Assembly (NCBI GenBank): GCA_902624765.1
Contig: CACNYO010000001.1
Coordinates: 95,645 to 159,644, forward strand
Direction of reading: 5' to 3'
DNA length: 64,000 nt
Source of the DNA: an uncultured SAR86 cluster bacterium
GTDB taxonomy: Bacteria > Pseudomonadota > Gammaproteobacteria > Magnimaribacterales > AG-339-G14
The notes below the pieces were generated by a model. It saw nothing but the letters and a program-made list of their open reading frames with translations, searched no databases and was not told where the DNA came from. Made by a program: the position numbers and the translations under genes. This document shows, piece after piece, positions 25,416-34,884 of the stretch. The stretch's first letter is position 1. Every line of letters begins with the position of its first letter.

Positions 25416-26533
25416 TAACCTGTTAATTCTGCGTATCTATCTTTATGGAATTGAACGTTGCCAAATATTTGCTCAGCTACCCTAGCTCTTTTGAGATAAA
25501 AACCAATATCGTATTCATCCGTCACACCTATCCCACCATGCATTTGAACGGCTTCATTTGATACTAAATGGAATATTTCTCCAATTTTTGCCTTAGCTAA
25601 ACTAGCTAATCTAGGTATGTCGTTTGAACCTTCATCAAATGACGTAAGGGATTCCAATACGCATGATTTACATAGCTCTATTTCACTGAACATTATCGCT
25701 GCTCTATGTTGTAAAGCCTGAAAGGATCCAATTTTTGCTCCAAATTGATCTCTTTCTTTTAAGTAATTCAATGTAACGTCAAAAGCTTCTTGTATTCCGC
25801 CAAACATCTCAGCAGAAATTACAGATCTTGAGATATCTAACACTTCTTCAATAATTTGATCTGAGTTATTTTCTTCGCCAATTAAGCTAGATGATGAGAG
25901 CTTCAAGTCTTTGAACGTTATATTTGCAGCATTCCTTGAATCCACCAATGGTGTTAATTTAATTTCAATTCCTGCAGCATCTTTTTTAGTGATAAACAGT
26001 GAAGTTCCCTTGCCATTATTAGCTGCAATAATCAAAAAGTCAGCAAATCCACCGTCAAGGACGAATGTCTTCTCACCATTTATGATGTAAGAATCTCCCT
26101 CTATTTTTGCAGATGTTTCAAGATTAGAAGGCGAGTGTCTACTTGATTCTTCTAAAGCGAAAGCAAGCGTGATATCTCCAGAAGCTATTTTGGTTAAGTA
26201 CTCTTTTTTTTGATCCTCATTACCAGCTTGCTTGATTAGGCTTGCACAAACAACAGCGGTAGAAAACATAGGTGAGGGAGTTAAAGTTCTGCCAAGTTCT
26301 TCAAAAATAACGCCAATACCCGCCACTCCAAAATCAGAACCGCCATATTCTTCAGGAATTAATATTCCGGACCACCCAAGGCTGGCCATCTCTTTCCAGA
26401 TTTCGCGATCAAAGCACTCTGGATTTTCTGAGTCTCTTACGCTTCTAAAATGACTGACTGGTGTTTTGTTTTTGGCAAAATCTCTGGCAGTATCTTTTAA
26501 ATAAGACTGCTCCTCATTTAATACAAGTGACAT
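25412..26533 (-). CDS. acyl-CoA dehydrogenase family protein (non-canonical C-terminal catalytic region)
   Basis: ACAD fold throughout. The C-terminal region reads HGGIGVTDEYDIGFYLKRARV instead of the canonical (Y/I)EG(T/G) catalytic Glu motif. Confidence 0.85.
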   Translation of the reverse strand: MSLVLNEEQSYLKDTARDFAKNKTPVSHFRSVRDSENPECFDREIWKEMASLGWSGILIPEEYGGSDFGVAGIGVIFEELGRTLTPSPMFSTAVVCASLIKQAGNEDQKKEYLTKIASGDITLAFALEESSRHSPSNLETSAKIEGDSYIINGEKTFVLDGGFADFLIIAANNGKGTSLFITKKDAAGIEIKLTPLVDSRNAANITFKDLKLSSSSLIGEENNSDQIIEEVLDISRSVISAEMFGGIQEAFDVTLNYLKERDQFGAKIGSFQALQHRAAIMFSEIELCKSCVLESLTSFDEGSNDIPRLASLAKAKIGEIFHLVSNEAVQMHGGIGVTDEYDIGFYLKRARVAEQIFGNVQFHKDRYAELTGY

Positions 26534-26553
26534 TTCTCCCTCCTTAAAATGTC

Positions 26554-27774
26554 TTATTGTGGAAGTTCTAGAACTCTCTTAGAAATTACGTTTAATTGTA
26601 CTTCTGAGGTACCGCCTTCAATAGAGTTTGCCTTTGTTCTCAACCACTCTCTTGTGATGGCTAGTTCTTCAGGACCAAATTCAGCTCCTTCCCATCCAAG
26701 AGCTTTTGTTCCCATAGCTTCAAGCATAATTTCATACCTAAGTTTATTATGCTCTGTTCCATAATACTTAAAGATCGATGAAGCGGCGCTAGGACCCTGG
26801 TTAGATTTTTTTGATTCTTCAGCTGCTCTTCTTAAAGTAAGTGCAAATGCTTGAGAATTCATATCGTGATCGATGATTTTATTTCTGAGACCAGAATCAT
26901 TGAGTTTATCTTCCTTCTCACCAACGTATCTCTTTGCCATTGTTGCCAAGCCAGAAGTTGGTTTAGCATCTGATTTCTTAGATGATCCAGAAGCTGCGGA
27001 ACCAAAACCCATGCCTGCAATCATATTTCTTTCAAATTGAAGCAATCTCTTAGCTACAGACCACCCCTTGTTTAAACCTCCAACAAGATTTTCTTTAGGA
27101 GCTGTAGCATTATCAAAGAAAGTTTCACAAAAGGGTGATTTACCAGATATTAACTTGATTGGCTTTGTGGTTACACCTTCCTGATCCATATCTATAAGAA
27201 GAAAACTTATTCCTTCATGTTTAGGCTCCAATGGACCTGTTCTTACAAGGGTAAAAATCATATCGCATTCATCAGCGTAGGAAGTCCAAACTTTTTGACC
27301 GTTAATTAAGTATTCCTCACCTTGATCTTCAGCCTTTGTTTTAAGACTAGCCAAATCAGATCCACTACCTGGTTCGCTGTAACCTTGACACCATCTTATT
27401 TCTCCCTTAACTATTTTTGGAATATGTTCCATTTTTTGTTCTTCGGTACCGTATTCAAGAAGAGCAGGACCTAACATCCAAATACCAAAACTATTTAGTG
27501 CCGGCCTTGCTTTGATTCTCATCAATTCTTCCTGAAGGACTTTATTTTCTTCAAAATTAAGTCCGCCGCCGCCATATTCTTTTGGCCAAGTAGGACAAGT
27601 CCAACCTTTTTCTCCCATTCTATCCATCCACAACTTTTGATCTGGATTTTTAAATTCAACTTTTCGTCCTCCCCAAACAACATCGCCTTGAGACATTGGA
27701 GTTCTCATGGATTCTGGACAGTTTGCTTCTAACCAATCCCTTGTTTCATCTCTAAAAGCATTTAAATCTGACAT
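26554..27774 (-). CDS. acyl-CoA dehydrogenase family protein (catalytic-type subunit)
   Basis: QGYSEPGSGSDLASL FAD/substrate motif and the C-terminal IEGGTSEVQ with the catalytic Glu position. Confidence 0.88.
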   Translation of the reverse strand: MSDLNAFRDETRDWLEANCPESMRTPMSQGDVVWGGRKVEFKNPDQKLWMDRMGEKGWTCPTWPKEYGGGGLNFEENKVLQEELMRIKARPALNSFGIWMLGPALLEYGTEEQKMEHIPKIVKGEIRWCQGYSEPGSGSDLASLKTKAEDQGEEYLINGQKVWTSYADECDMIFTLVRTGPLEPKHEGISFLLIDMDQEGVTTKPIKLISGKSPFCETFFDNATAPKENLVGGLNKGWSVAKRLLQFERNMIAGMGFGSAASGSSKKSDAKPTSGLATMAKRYVGEKEDKLNDSGLRNKIIDHDMNSQAFALTLRRAAEESKKSNQGPSAASSIFKYYGTEHNKLRYEIMLEAMGTKALGWEGAEFGPEELAITREWLRTKANSIEGGTSEVQLNVISKRVLELPQ

Positions 27775-27843
27775 AAGTACCTCTTTTTATATGTACAAAC
27801 ACTAAGAATAATCTATGCTACGCAAGCTAACAATAATAAGTTT

Positions 27844-28578
27844 ATGAATTTTTTTTCATTTTTAGGACAAAATCCTGAGTTTTTATGGGTTTTCACAGTT
27901 TTTTATGACCTTACGATAACCGTTATTTTATTTAAATTATTTGGCTTAAGAGGACTTTATATTGCTGTTACTTTAGGAATTATGCTTGCAAACCTGCAGG
28001 GAGGTAAAGTAAGTGATTTATCACTTTTTGGCCAAACTTTTACAGTAAGCATGGGAGCTATAATGTATTCAGGCATATATTTTGCTACTGATTTAATAAG
28101 TGAAAAATATGGAAGAACTGAGGCAAATACTGCGGTTATACTTGGAGCTGTCTCAAATATTGTAATAATGTTTACTTTGGTTCTAAGCACTTATTATCTT
28201 CCTTCAAACATAGCAACATCTTCACAATCAGTTCATGAGGCAATTGAAACCCTAGCTTTTTACTCTCCAATTTTTGTAATTGGATCAATTACTGCTTATC
28301 TTATAAGTCAAACTTTTGATGTCTGGTTATTTAATAAATTAAAACAGATCACAAATGGTAGGTACTTATGGTTGAGAAATAATTTATCAACAATTTCATC
28401 TCAAGCTCTGGATACTTTCATTTATACCTTCGTGTGGGTTTTAGCAGGTGAATTAACTTTTTTCGTTGCTTTATCAATAGCTTTAACCAAGTACATTTTT
28501 AAGGTATTTATTGCGATAATAGATACATTATTTATATATTTTGTAAGAAATTGGATGCCAATATATGAAAAAAATTAA
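27844..28578 (+). CDS. yhhQ: queuosine-precursor transporter (YhhQ/DUF165, VUT family)
   Basis: Polytopic membrane protein with the family motifs YLISQTFDVWLFNKLK and SQALDTFIYTF. Confidence 0.8.
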   Translation: MNFFSFLGQNPEFLWVFTVFYDLTITVILFKLFGLRGLYIAVTLGIMLANLQGGKVSDLSLFGQTFTVSMGAIMYSGIYFATDLISEKYGRTEANTAVILGAVSNIVIMFTLVLSTYYLPSNIATSSQSVHEAIETLAFYSPIFVIGSITAYLISQTFDVWLFNKLKQITNGRYLWLRNNLSTISSQALDTFIYTFVWVLAGELTFFVALSIALTKYIFKVFIAIIDTLFIYFVRNWMPIYEKN

Positions 28579-29416
28579 TAAAATTTCTATTGTCTATTCT
28601 GGCACCAGAAGCACTGACAAGATGTTGAGTGTCGTAAAAAAAATAATTAAAGACTCAGGCTCTGAGCTTGTCTCTTCAGCAAATATAAAAAAACTTGATA
28701 AAGTTTTTAAAAATAAAGCAGCCACTTCAGATTTAATTTTGGTTCTTGGGGGCGATGGAACAATGATTGGTTCCATTAGAAGTCTTTGTGATTTAAAAAC
28801 CCCTTTTTTGGGAATTAATCTTGGAACTGTCGGATTTCTAACAGATTTATCAACAAATAAAATTGAAGGACTTAAAGAAATTTTAAATGGCAACTATATA
28901 GAAGAGGATCGCCCTGTATTTGAAACTTTTTCAGAAAATTTAAAAAAAGAAATTTTTTTGAACGAAGTTGTAATTCATTCGGGTTCCGTAACTAAAATGT
29001 TGGAGCTTGAATTAAGCATCCAAGATCAAGTAATTTATAACATAAGAGCTGATGGTCTGATAATTTCAACTAGTACAGGTTCTACCGCTTACTCTTACTC
29101 TGGGGGAGGGCCTATAATATCCCCTAAATTAGACGCCCTTTCTTTGCTTCCTATGTTTTCTCACAGCTCTTCTTCGCACAGCTTGCTTTTATCTAGCAAA
29201 GAAGAGATACAAGTTAAAATATTAAGTAGAAACTTATCAAGTATTCAAGTATTTGTAGACGGAAAGAAAAATCTAAAATATAAAAAAGATGGCTTGAAAG
29301 TATTAAATACAAAAAAAACTTTTAAACTTTATCATCCAAAAGATTATAATTACTTTGAAGCATGTAGAACCAAGCTTGGCTGGGCTGTATCTATTGAAAA
29401 TCTAAAGAAGAACTAG
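28565..29416 (+). CDS. nadK: NAD+ kinase
   Basis: GGDGT motif (LVLGGDGTMIG) and STSTGSTAYSYSGGGPI. Confidence 0.92.
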   Translation: MKKINKISIVYSGTRSTDKMLSVVKKIIKDSGSELVSSANIKKLDKVFKNKAATSDLILVLGGDGTMIGSIRSLCDLKTPFLGINLGTVGFLTDLSTNKIEGLKEILNGNYIEEDRPVFETFSENLKKEIFLNEVVIHSGSVTKMLELELSIQDQVIYNIRADGLIISTSTGSTAYSYSGGGPIISPKLDALSLLPMFSHSSSSHSLLLSSKEEIQVKILSRNLSSIQVFVDGKKNLKYKKDGLKVLNTKKTFKLYHPKDYNYFEACRTKLGWAVSIENLKKN

Positions 29417-29417
29417 G

Positions 29418-32057
29418 GTGAGAACAATTTTAAAATTTAATTTGTTGCTAATTCTTTTAGCTTCAATCCCTTTAGTCAACTCTCAAACTAATTCAGATCT
29501 TGAATATTTAGAATTGTTCCCAGAAAATCAATCCAATGATATTGCATCAAGGATACCTTCGAACAATGTTATAAAGGAAGATGCCCCAGTCTTTAAAAGT
29601 TCTATCAAGAAAGAAATACGTGAATCTGATGAAATTGATATTTTTGGATTAGATCTTTTTTCAACTTCTCCAACAACCTTTGCTCCAATTGATTTTTCTC
29701 CTGCTCCTTTAGATTATGTTTTAGGTCCCGGCGATGAACTTTTAGTGAAATATTTTGGCAATAGTAATTCTGAAGAATTAATTAGAGTAACTAGAGAAGG
29801 TAACATTCTTCTTCCACAAATAGGTTCGAGGCAAATCTCAGGCTTAACATTCAACGAGGCTCAGGAAAGAATAAGATCGAGTGTTGAAGCCTCTCTTATT
29901 GGTGTAGAGGTTGAAGTATCTTTGTCAAAAATTAGATCAATTCAGGTATTTATTCTTGGCAATGCTTTAAATCCAGGAGCATATACAGTAAGTTCACTGT
30001 CAAACATATCAAATGTTTTATTTTTCGCTGGAGGTCCTTCAGATTACGGATCTTTAAGAAATATAGAAGTTAAAAGAAATGGAGACTCAATAGGATTTTT
30101 TGATTTTTATGATTTATTAATAAATGGGAATACAAAAAGTGACATCAGACTTCAATCAAATGATGCAGTATTAATTAAACCTACTGGAATTACTGTCTCT
30201 ATTGTCGGAGAAATCAAGAAACAAGCTAAGTTTGAGTTATTAGAATCAGAAACCTTCTCAGATCTCTTAGAATTTTCTTCGGGCTTTACTCAAAATGCAG
30301 ATAAATCCAAAATTACCCTGAGCAGAATTGCTGAAAATGGCGAAAGAATTTTTGATAACTTTTCATATGAAGAAGCAAAAAAAATAAAATTCATCGATGG
30401 AGATGAAATAAGGATACATTCCCTTTCAAATACTCCAAGAAATAAAATTCTTGTCAAAGGAAGTACTTCCATCAATGGATCTATAGCATTTGAGGATGGA
30501 CTGACTTTAGAAGATATCATAAACCCAAGTTTTATTCTCGAAACAACATATACTCCATTTGTAGCGATTGAAAGAGAAAATATATATGGATCAAAGAAAT
30601 TGCTTAAAACAAATCTTCTTGCAAAGGAAGATAAAACTTTTCTTCAAGCTAATGACATCGTCTATATTTTTTCTAGATCTGACATAGAATTTATTAACTC
30701 TATTTTGGTGGCAAATGCCTTAGGTGTCCTAGACGCTGAAGACTCTAAAAGGCTTAATGATTATTTGAATCCTGACTTAAAAATATCTGTCGACAATATT
30801 AACGGTAACTCTCAGATGAATGGCTCAGAATTAGATGCTAATAACTTCATTCCAGCAAGAAGCAATAAGCCAGAGAAAGAAGATTTAGATAAATATAAAT
30901 GTAAATCTCTACAACTTTTATCAAAACAGTCCGATTCATCAACAATAAAATTTGTAAAATCCAAGCAGTTTCCTAAATCAAACTTCAGCCCTATTGATGA
31001 ATTAAAGTTTATAGAAAAATGTCCAGAAATTTTTGAAGAAAATCCTAATTTGCTGGTTTTCTTGCTCGAAAATTCTTCTATTATTTCAGGTGAAGTAAGA
31101 AATCCAGGTATCTTTCCTTCATACATGGTTTCATCACCATTAGATCTCCTTTCATATGCTGGAGGTCAGACAGATAGTTCTTCTGGAATGATGGATATTT
31201 TCACACATGATGGAAAATCATTTAATTTAGATCTCAAAGAGATGCAAAACTTCAGAGAATTGGGAATTAAGAGTGGTTTTTACGCAAATATATCCTCTAA
31301 GATCAGAGACGAAGTTTTCTCAGTTAGTTTGCAGGGATCCTTTGTAAGTCCTGGTGTCTATGGGGTTAGGCAAGGAGAAAGGCTTTCAAGTGTAATTAAA
31401 AGAGCAGGAGGCTATAAGGAAAATGCATTTCCTTATGGAGGCATATTGGCAAGAAAATCTGTAGCAGAGAAAGAAAAGATAGGATTTATGAAATCAGCAG
31501 ATCAATTGAAAGAATCTGTGGCATCTGCTATATCGAGTGGAAGAATTTCATCTTCTGGGGGTAACCCAGCTTTGGTGCTCTCTTCAATTTCCAGTCTAAT
31601 AGGTGATTTAGAAAAGATTAATCCTATTGGAAGAGTCGTTTCAGAATTTGATATAGATAATTTAGAGAAGTATCCGGAAAGAGATATTCTCTTAGAATCA
31701 GGAGACAGAATCTTTGTACCTGAAAGATCATCCACGGTAACCGTTTCAGGCCAAGTTCTTTCGCCGACAAGCTTTAACTTCAATCCTAAGTTTAAGGTAA
31801 ATGATTATATTCAGTTAGCTGGTGGATATCAGGAGGGCGCAGATAGAAATAGAATTTTAGTTATTTATCCTAATGGTATGGCAACAAGAGTTCGAGCATG
31901 GCCTAATCAGCCGGATATCTCACCTGGTACTTCACTAATTATTCCAAGAGATCCAAATCCTTTTGACTGGCTTGTATTTACAAATATTCTTTTTCCAATT
32001 ATTTCAAATTTTGCTACAAGCGCAGCAGCTATAGCAGCTCTTGGTAATAACAATTAA
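29418..32057 (+). CDS. large Wza/OtnA(WbfF)-like polysaccharide export protein with multiple SLBB domains
   Basis: Signal peptide, a Poly_export-type motif (YVLGPGDELLVKYFG), several SLBB-like repeats (e.g. ...NRILVIYPNGMATRV...PGTSLIIPRD), and a C-terminal hydrophobic helix (ILFPIISNFATSAAAIAALG) like the Wza outer-membrane helix. GTG start. Confidence 0.75.
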   Translation: MRTILKFNLLLILLASIPLVNSQTNSDLEYLELFPENQSNDIASRIPSNNVIKEDAPVFKSSIKKEIRESDEIDIFGLDLFSTSPTTFAPIDFSPAPLDYVLGPGDELLVKYFGNSNSEELIRVTREGNILLPQIGSRQISGLTFNEAQERIRSSVEASLIGVEVEVSLSKIRSIQVFILGNALNPGAYTVSSLSNISNVLFFAGGPSDYGSLRNIEVKRNGDSIGFFDFYDLLINGNTKSDIRLQSNDAVLIKPTGITVSIVGEIKKQAKFELLESETFSDLLEFSSGFTQNADKSKITLSRIAENGERIFDNFSYEEAKKIKFIDGDEIRIHSLSNTPRNKILVKGSTSINGSIAFEDGLTLEDIINPSFILETTYTPFVAIERENIYGSKKLLKTNLLAKEDKTFLQANDIVYIFSRSDIEFINSILVANALGVLDAEDSKRLNDYLNPDLKISVDNINGNSQMNGSELDANNFIPARSNKPEKEDLDKYKCKSLQLLSKQSDSSTIKFVKSKQFPKSNFSPIDELKFIEKCPEIFEENPNLLVFLLENSSIISGEVRNPGIFPSYMVSSPLDLLSYAGGQTDSSSGMMDIFTHDGKSFNLDLKEMQNFRELGIKSGFYANISSKIRDEVFSVSLQGSFVSPGVYGVRQGERLSSVIKRAGGYKENAFPYGGILARKSVAEKEKIGFMKSADQLKESVASAISSGRISSSGGNPALVLSSISSLIGDLEKINPIGRVVSEFDIDNLEKYPERDILLESGDRIFVPERSSTVTVSGQVLSPTSFNFNPKFKVNDYIQLAGGYQEGADRNRILVIYPNGMATRVRAWPNQPDISPGTSLIIPRDPNPFDWLVFTNILFPIISNFATSAAAIAALGNNN

Positions 32058-34194
32058 ACTAAAACTTTCATTTTTACTGTTTCTTTTTTCTTCAATCAGT
32101 TTCTCATCTATTGAAGACTATATATTTTCTGATATAGGTTTTACCTCAAATATTCATGGTGAGCTTGGAATAATAGAAATACCCTCATCAAGGATTCTAG
32201 AAGAGGGAAACTTAAAATTGCACCTTGTTAATTCTGATCCCATTAATTCACTTTTCATGACTGCAACTCCTTTTAACTGGATGGAGGTTTCATTGAGATA
32301 CGCAGATGTAAACCTTTATAAGTATAGTAGGTATTTTTCTTTCTCTGGTAATCAAAGTTACAAGGATAAAAGCTTCAATATGAAACTGAGATTAATTCAA
32401 GAAACAGAAAGATTTCCTGAATTAAGTATTGGGTTTAGAGATTTTATAGGAACTGGAAGATTTTCAAGTGAATATATTGTTGCATCAAAGAAAATAGGAG
32501 ACTTTGATTTTTCTGTTGGGTTAGGTTTTGGAGCAATGTCATCTCTTGATGGGATTGAAAATCCATTTATTGATCTTGATGATTCATTTGCAACAAGAGG
32601 TTACATAGACAGCATCGGAGGAAATTTTGGTTTAGGCAATTGGTTTAGAGGAAAAAAAGCATCGTCTTTCTATGGATTTGAATATTTGAATAAAAGATCA
32701 GGCATTAGATTTAAGTTAGACTACGATGAATCAGAATTATTTAATGCTTTCTCAAGGATGAGAAAGAAGAGTTTTTACAATTTTGGTTTAGCTATCCCTA
32801 TTGGTGATCTTGTGGACATCAATTTGTTTAGAATAAGGGGTCAAGATATTGGTTTATCTTTTTCTTATAAAGCAAATTACTCAAGAAATATTGTAAAAAA
32901 AGAAGAAAGAGTGGCTGACTTAGTTTTCAATGAGAGCGATTTAAAACTTCTGGCTACTGATGATCAAGTTTTTGGAGGAACAATAAACTTCTATCTTCAA
33001 AAATATGAAATTTTTCTACAACAAATTAATTACAAAGATAACTCTATCCACTTAATTTTAAGTCAAACGAAGTATAGAAATGAAAATTTAGCTTCTAAAA
33101 GAACAATTCAGGTCATTAGAAATATTCTTGAAACTCGAAAAATAGAAAAAGTATCCTTGACTTATCAAGTTGCAGGAGTCAACAAATATTCATTAAATTT
33201 TAGATTGGATGATTTCTTAGCTTATCTAGATAATGCCACTTCTTATACATCTTTGAAAAGATCTCTAAATTATGAAAATTTCTCATCTAATTTGTCAGAT
33301 AATCAAATATTTAAAGGCAAAATCCTCTTTCCATCCTTCAACTGGGGGATAAGCCCAAATTTACAAAATCATATTGGAGGCCCAGAGGCTTTTTATTTAG
33401 GTTCCCTTGGATTACTTTTACATGGCGGTGTTTTATTTTCAAAACAGACCTTTCTTGATGGAAGCTTATCTTTTAATTTTTATGATAATTTTGATGATTT
33501 CAAGTTTCGTACTTATTCTAAGTATCTTCCTAAAGTACGATCCGACATACGAGAGTATTTGAAAGAAGGAAAAAGAGGCATTTCGCGTTTAACGCTGACT
33601 CATATTTTTGATCCTGTATATAAAAAAAATGGGTTGTTTGTTTATGGGCTAAAATTTGGAATCTTTGAAACAATGTACTCCGGATTTGGTAGTGAAATAT
33701 TATATAGAGATATGGGAAAACCTTGGTACATAAGCGCAAATGCTTATTGGGTAAAACAAAGAGAGTTCAGACAAAAATTTGCTCTCAGAGACTATGAGAC
33801 CTTTACAGGTCATTTGAACTTTACATGGGAAACTCCACTAGAAGGATTGAAAGTAGGAATTTCAGCAGGAAGATATCTTGCGAAGGATTCTGGCATTACT
33901 TTGAAATTATCTAAAACTTTTAAATCGGGCTTTGTAGTAGGAGCATTTGCAACTAAAACAGATATTTCTGCAGAGGAATTTGGTGAGGGAAGCTTTGATA
34001 AAGGAATATTTTTTTCTATACCGCTCGATATTGTTTCAAAGCAGTACAGGGAAGGCTACGGAAGATTTTTATGGAGAAATTTAACAAGGGATGGAGGGCA
34101 AATGTTAGGTGGAGGCTTACAGCTTGAAGGAATAGTAGAATCAGCTAACTATCACAATTTAATCAACGATATTTATGGTTTTGAAGCCGAATAG
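32041..34194 (+). CDS. yjbH: YjbH/GfcD-family outer-membrane exopolysaccharide protein
   Basis: Strong collinear similarity to E. coli YjbH as recalled: ..F.W.E..LRY.DV......S....FSG.Q.YKDK.F..KLRL..E......IG.RD..GTG.F..EY.VASK..G.FDF..GLG.G, and C-terminal ..EE.GEG.F.KG...S.PLD. TTG start overlapping the upstream gene by 17 nt. Confidence 0.9.
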   Translation: MVITIKLKLSFLLFLFSSISFSSIEDYIFSDIGFTSNIHGELGIIEIPSSRILEEGNLKLHLVNSDPINSLFMTATPFNWMEVSLRYADVNLYKYSRYFSFSGNQSYKDKSFNMKLRLIQETERFPELSIGFRDFIGTGRFSSEYIVASKKIGDFDFSVGLGFGAMSSLDGIENPFIDLDDSFATRGYIDSIGGNFGLGNWFRGKKASSFYGFEYLNKRSGIRFKLDYDESELFNAFSRMRKKSFYNFGLAIPIGDLVDINLFRIRGQDIGLSFSYKANYSRNIVKKEERVADLVFNESDLKLLATDDQVFGGTINFYLQKYEIFLQQINYKDNSIHLILSQTKYRNENLASKRTIQVIRNILETRKIEKVSLTYQVAGVNKYSLNFRLDDFLAYLDNATSYTSLKRSLNYENFSSNLSDNQIFKGKILFPSFNWGISPNLQNHIGGPEAFYLGSLGLLLHGGVLFSKQTFLDGSLSFNFYDNFDDFKFRTYSKYLPKVRSDIREYLKEGKRGISRLTLTHIFDPVYKKNGLFVYGLKFGIFETMYSGFGSEILYRDMGKPWYISANAYWVKQREFRQKFALRDYETFTGHLNFTWETPLEGLKVGISAGRYLAKDSGITLKLSKTFKSGFVVGAFATKTDISAEEFGEGSFDKGIFFSIPLDIVSKQYREGYGRFLWRNLTRDGGQMLGGGLQLEGIVESANYHNLINDIYGFEAE

Positions 34195-34855
34195 TTTGAA
34201 AACTATTTTCACTATAATTTTAGGTATATTTTTATCGTCCTGTGGAGGTCATACTGGAATATACGAGGAACTTGCATTAGCGGTAAAAGATATTTTTTCT
34301 GCCCCACAAGATTTAAGTGTAGAACAGATAAATAAGGTTCCTTATGCTTCAATGCAAGTCAGGCTGGGAAGAGCACCTAATGTCTTAGTTGTGTTAGAGG
34401 AAGATAGGCAGGGGTTACTCAAGTGGACTTCTTCAAATCAAATTAAAATTTATACTAAAAATGGCAAAATAATTAGACTGACTGGTACAGATAATGAATT
34501 AGACTTACTGGACATAGGCTTAAATCATCCTTTGCTCAATCCTGATTCACTTAATCCAAAATTGGATATGTCTCTCACAACTTTTTATAATTTTAGAAAT
34601 CCAAATCTCTATAATCTTCCGGTTAAAATTAGATTCAGGTATTTAAGAGAAGAGGAATTAATAATAATGGGTCAAAAAATTGAAACTTTATTATTTGAAG
34701 AGAGCTCCAGAAAAAATGATATTTTCTGGGAATTTACTAATCTTTTTTGGGTTGATAAAAAAGAAAAGACTGTATTGAAATCTATACAAAGTTTTACTCC
34801 TAAAAACCCTAAAATATTTTTTACCATCACTAGGAAGTACAAAAAGCCTGAATAA
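34175..34855 (+). CDS. yjbF: YjbF/GfcB-family lipoprotein
   Basis: Lipobox ILGIFLSSC-GG. The motif ..PYASMQVRLGRAPNVLVVLEEDRQGLLKWTS matches E. coli YjbF (MPYASQYMQLNGGPQLFVVLAFAEDGQQKWVT) as recalled. Confidence 0.88.
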   Translation: MVLKPNSLKTIFTIILGIFLSSCGGHTGIYEELALAVKDIFSAPQDLSVEQINKVPYASMQVRLGRAPNVLVVLEEDRQGLLKWTSSNQIKIYTKNGKIIRLTGTDNELDLLDIGLNHPLLNPDSLNPKLDMSLTTFYNFRNPNLYNLPVKIRFRYLREEELIIMGQKIETLLFEESSRKNDIFWEFTNLFWVDKKEKTVLKSIQSFTPKNPKIFFTITRKYKKPE

Positions 34856-34866
34856 ACAGGCTTTTT
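34841..34866. terminator. bidirectional intrinsic terminator hairpin between convergent yjbF and the YjbE-like gene
   Basis: AAAAAGCCTG-aataaa-CAGGCTTTTT forms a perfect 10-bp stem with a GC core and T-runs on both strands. It includes the yjbF stop codon. This is the only convergent junction in the window with a recognisable hairpin. Confidence 0.7.
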
Positions 34867-34884
34867 GTAAAAAATTGAGATTGC

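Noticed and set aside
27775-27843. Possible preQ1-I riboswitch upstream of yhhQ. The stretch ucuaugcuacgcaagcuaacaauaauaag superficially resembles the UCUAGCUACAC...AUAAAAAACUA core/tail of known preQ1-I aptamers.
   Set aside because: I cannot draw the required 5-bp P1 stem around the loop; only a 3-bp GCU/AGC helix is possible. The A-rich tail also lacks the conserved CUA pairing partner arrangement. It is most likely AT-rich leader sequence. A covariance-model scan (Rfam RF00522) would settle it.
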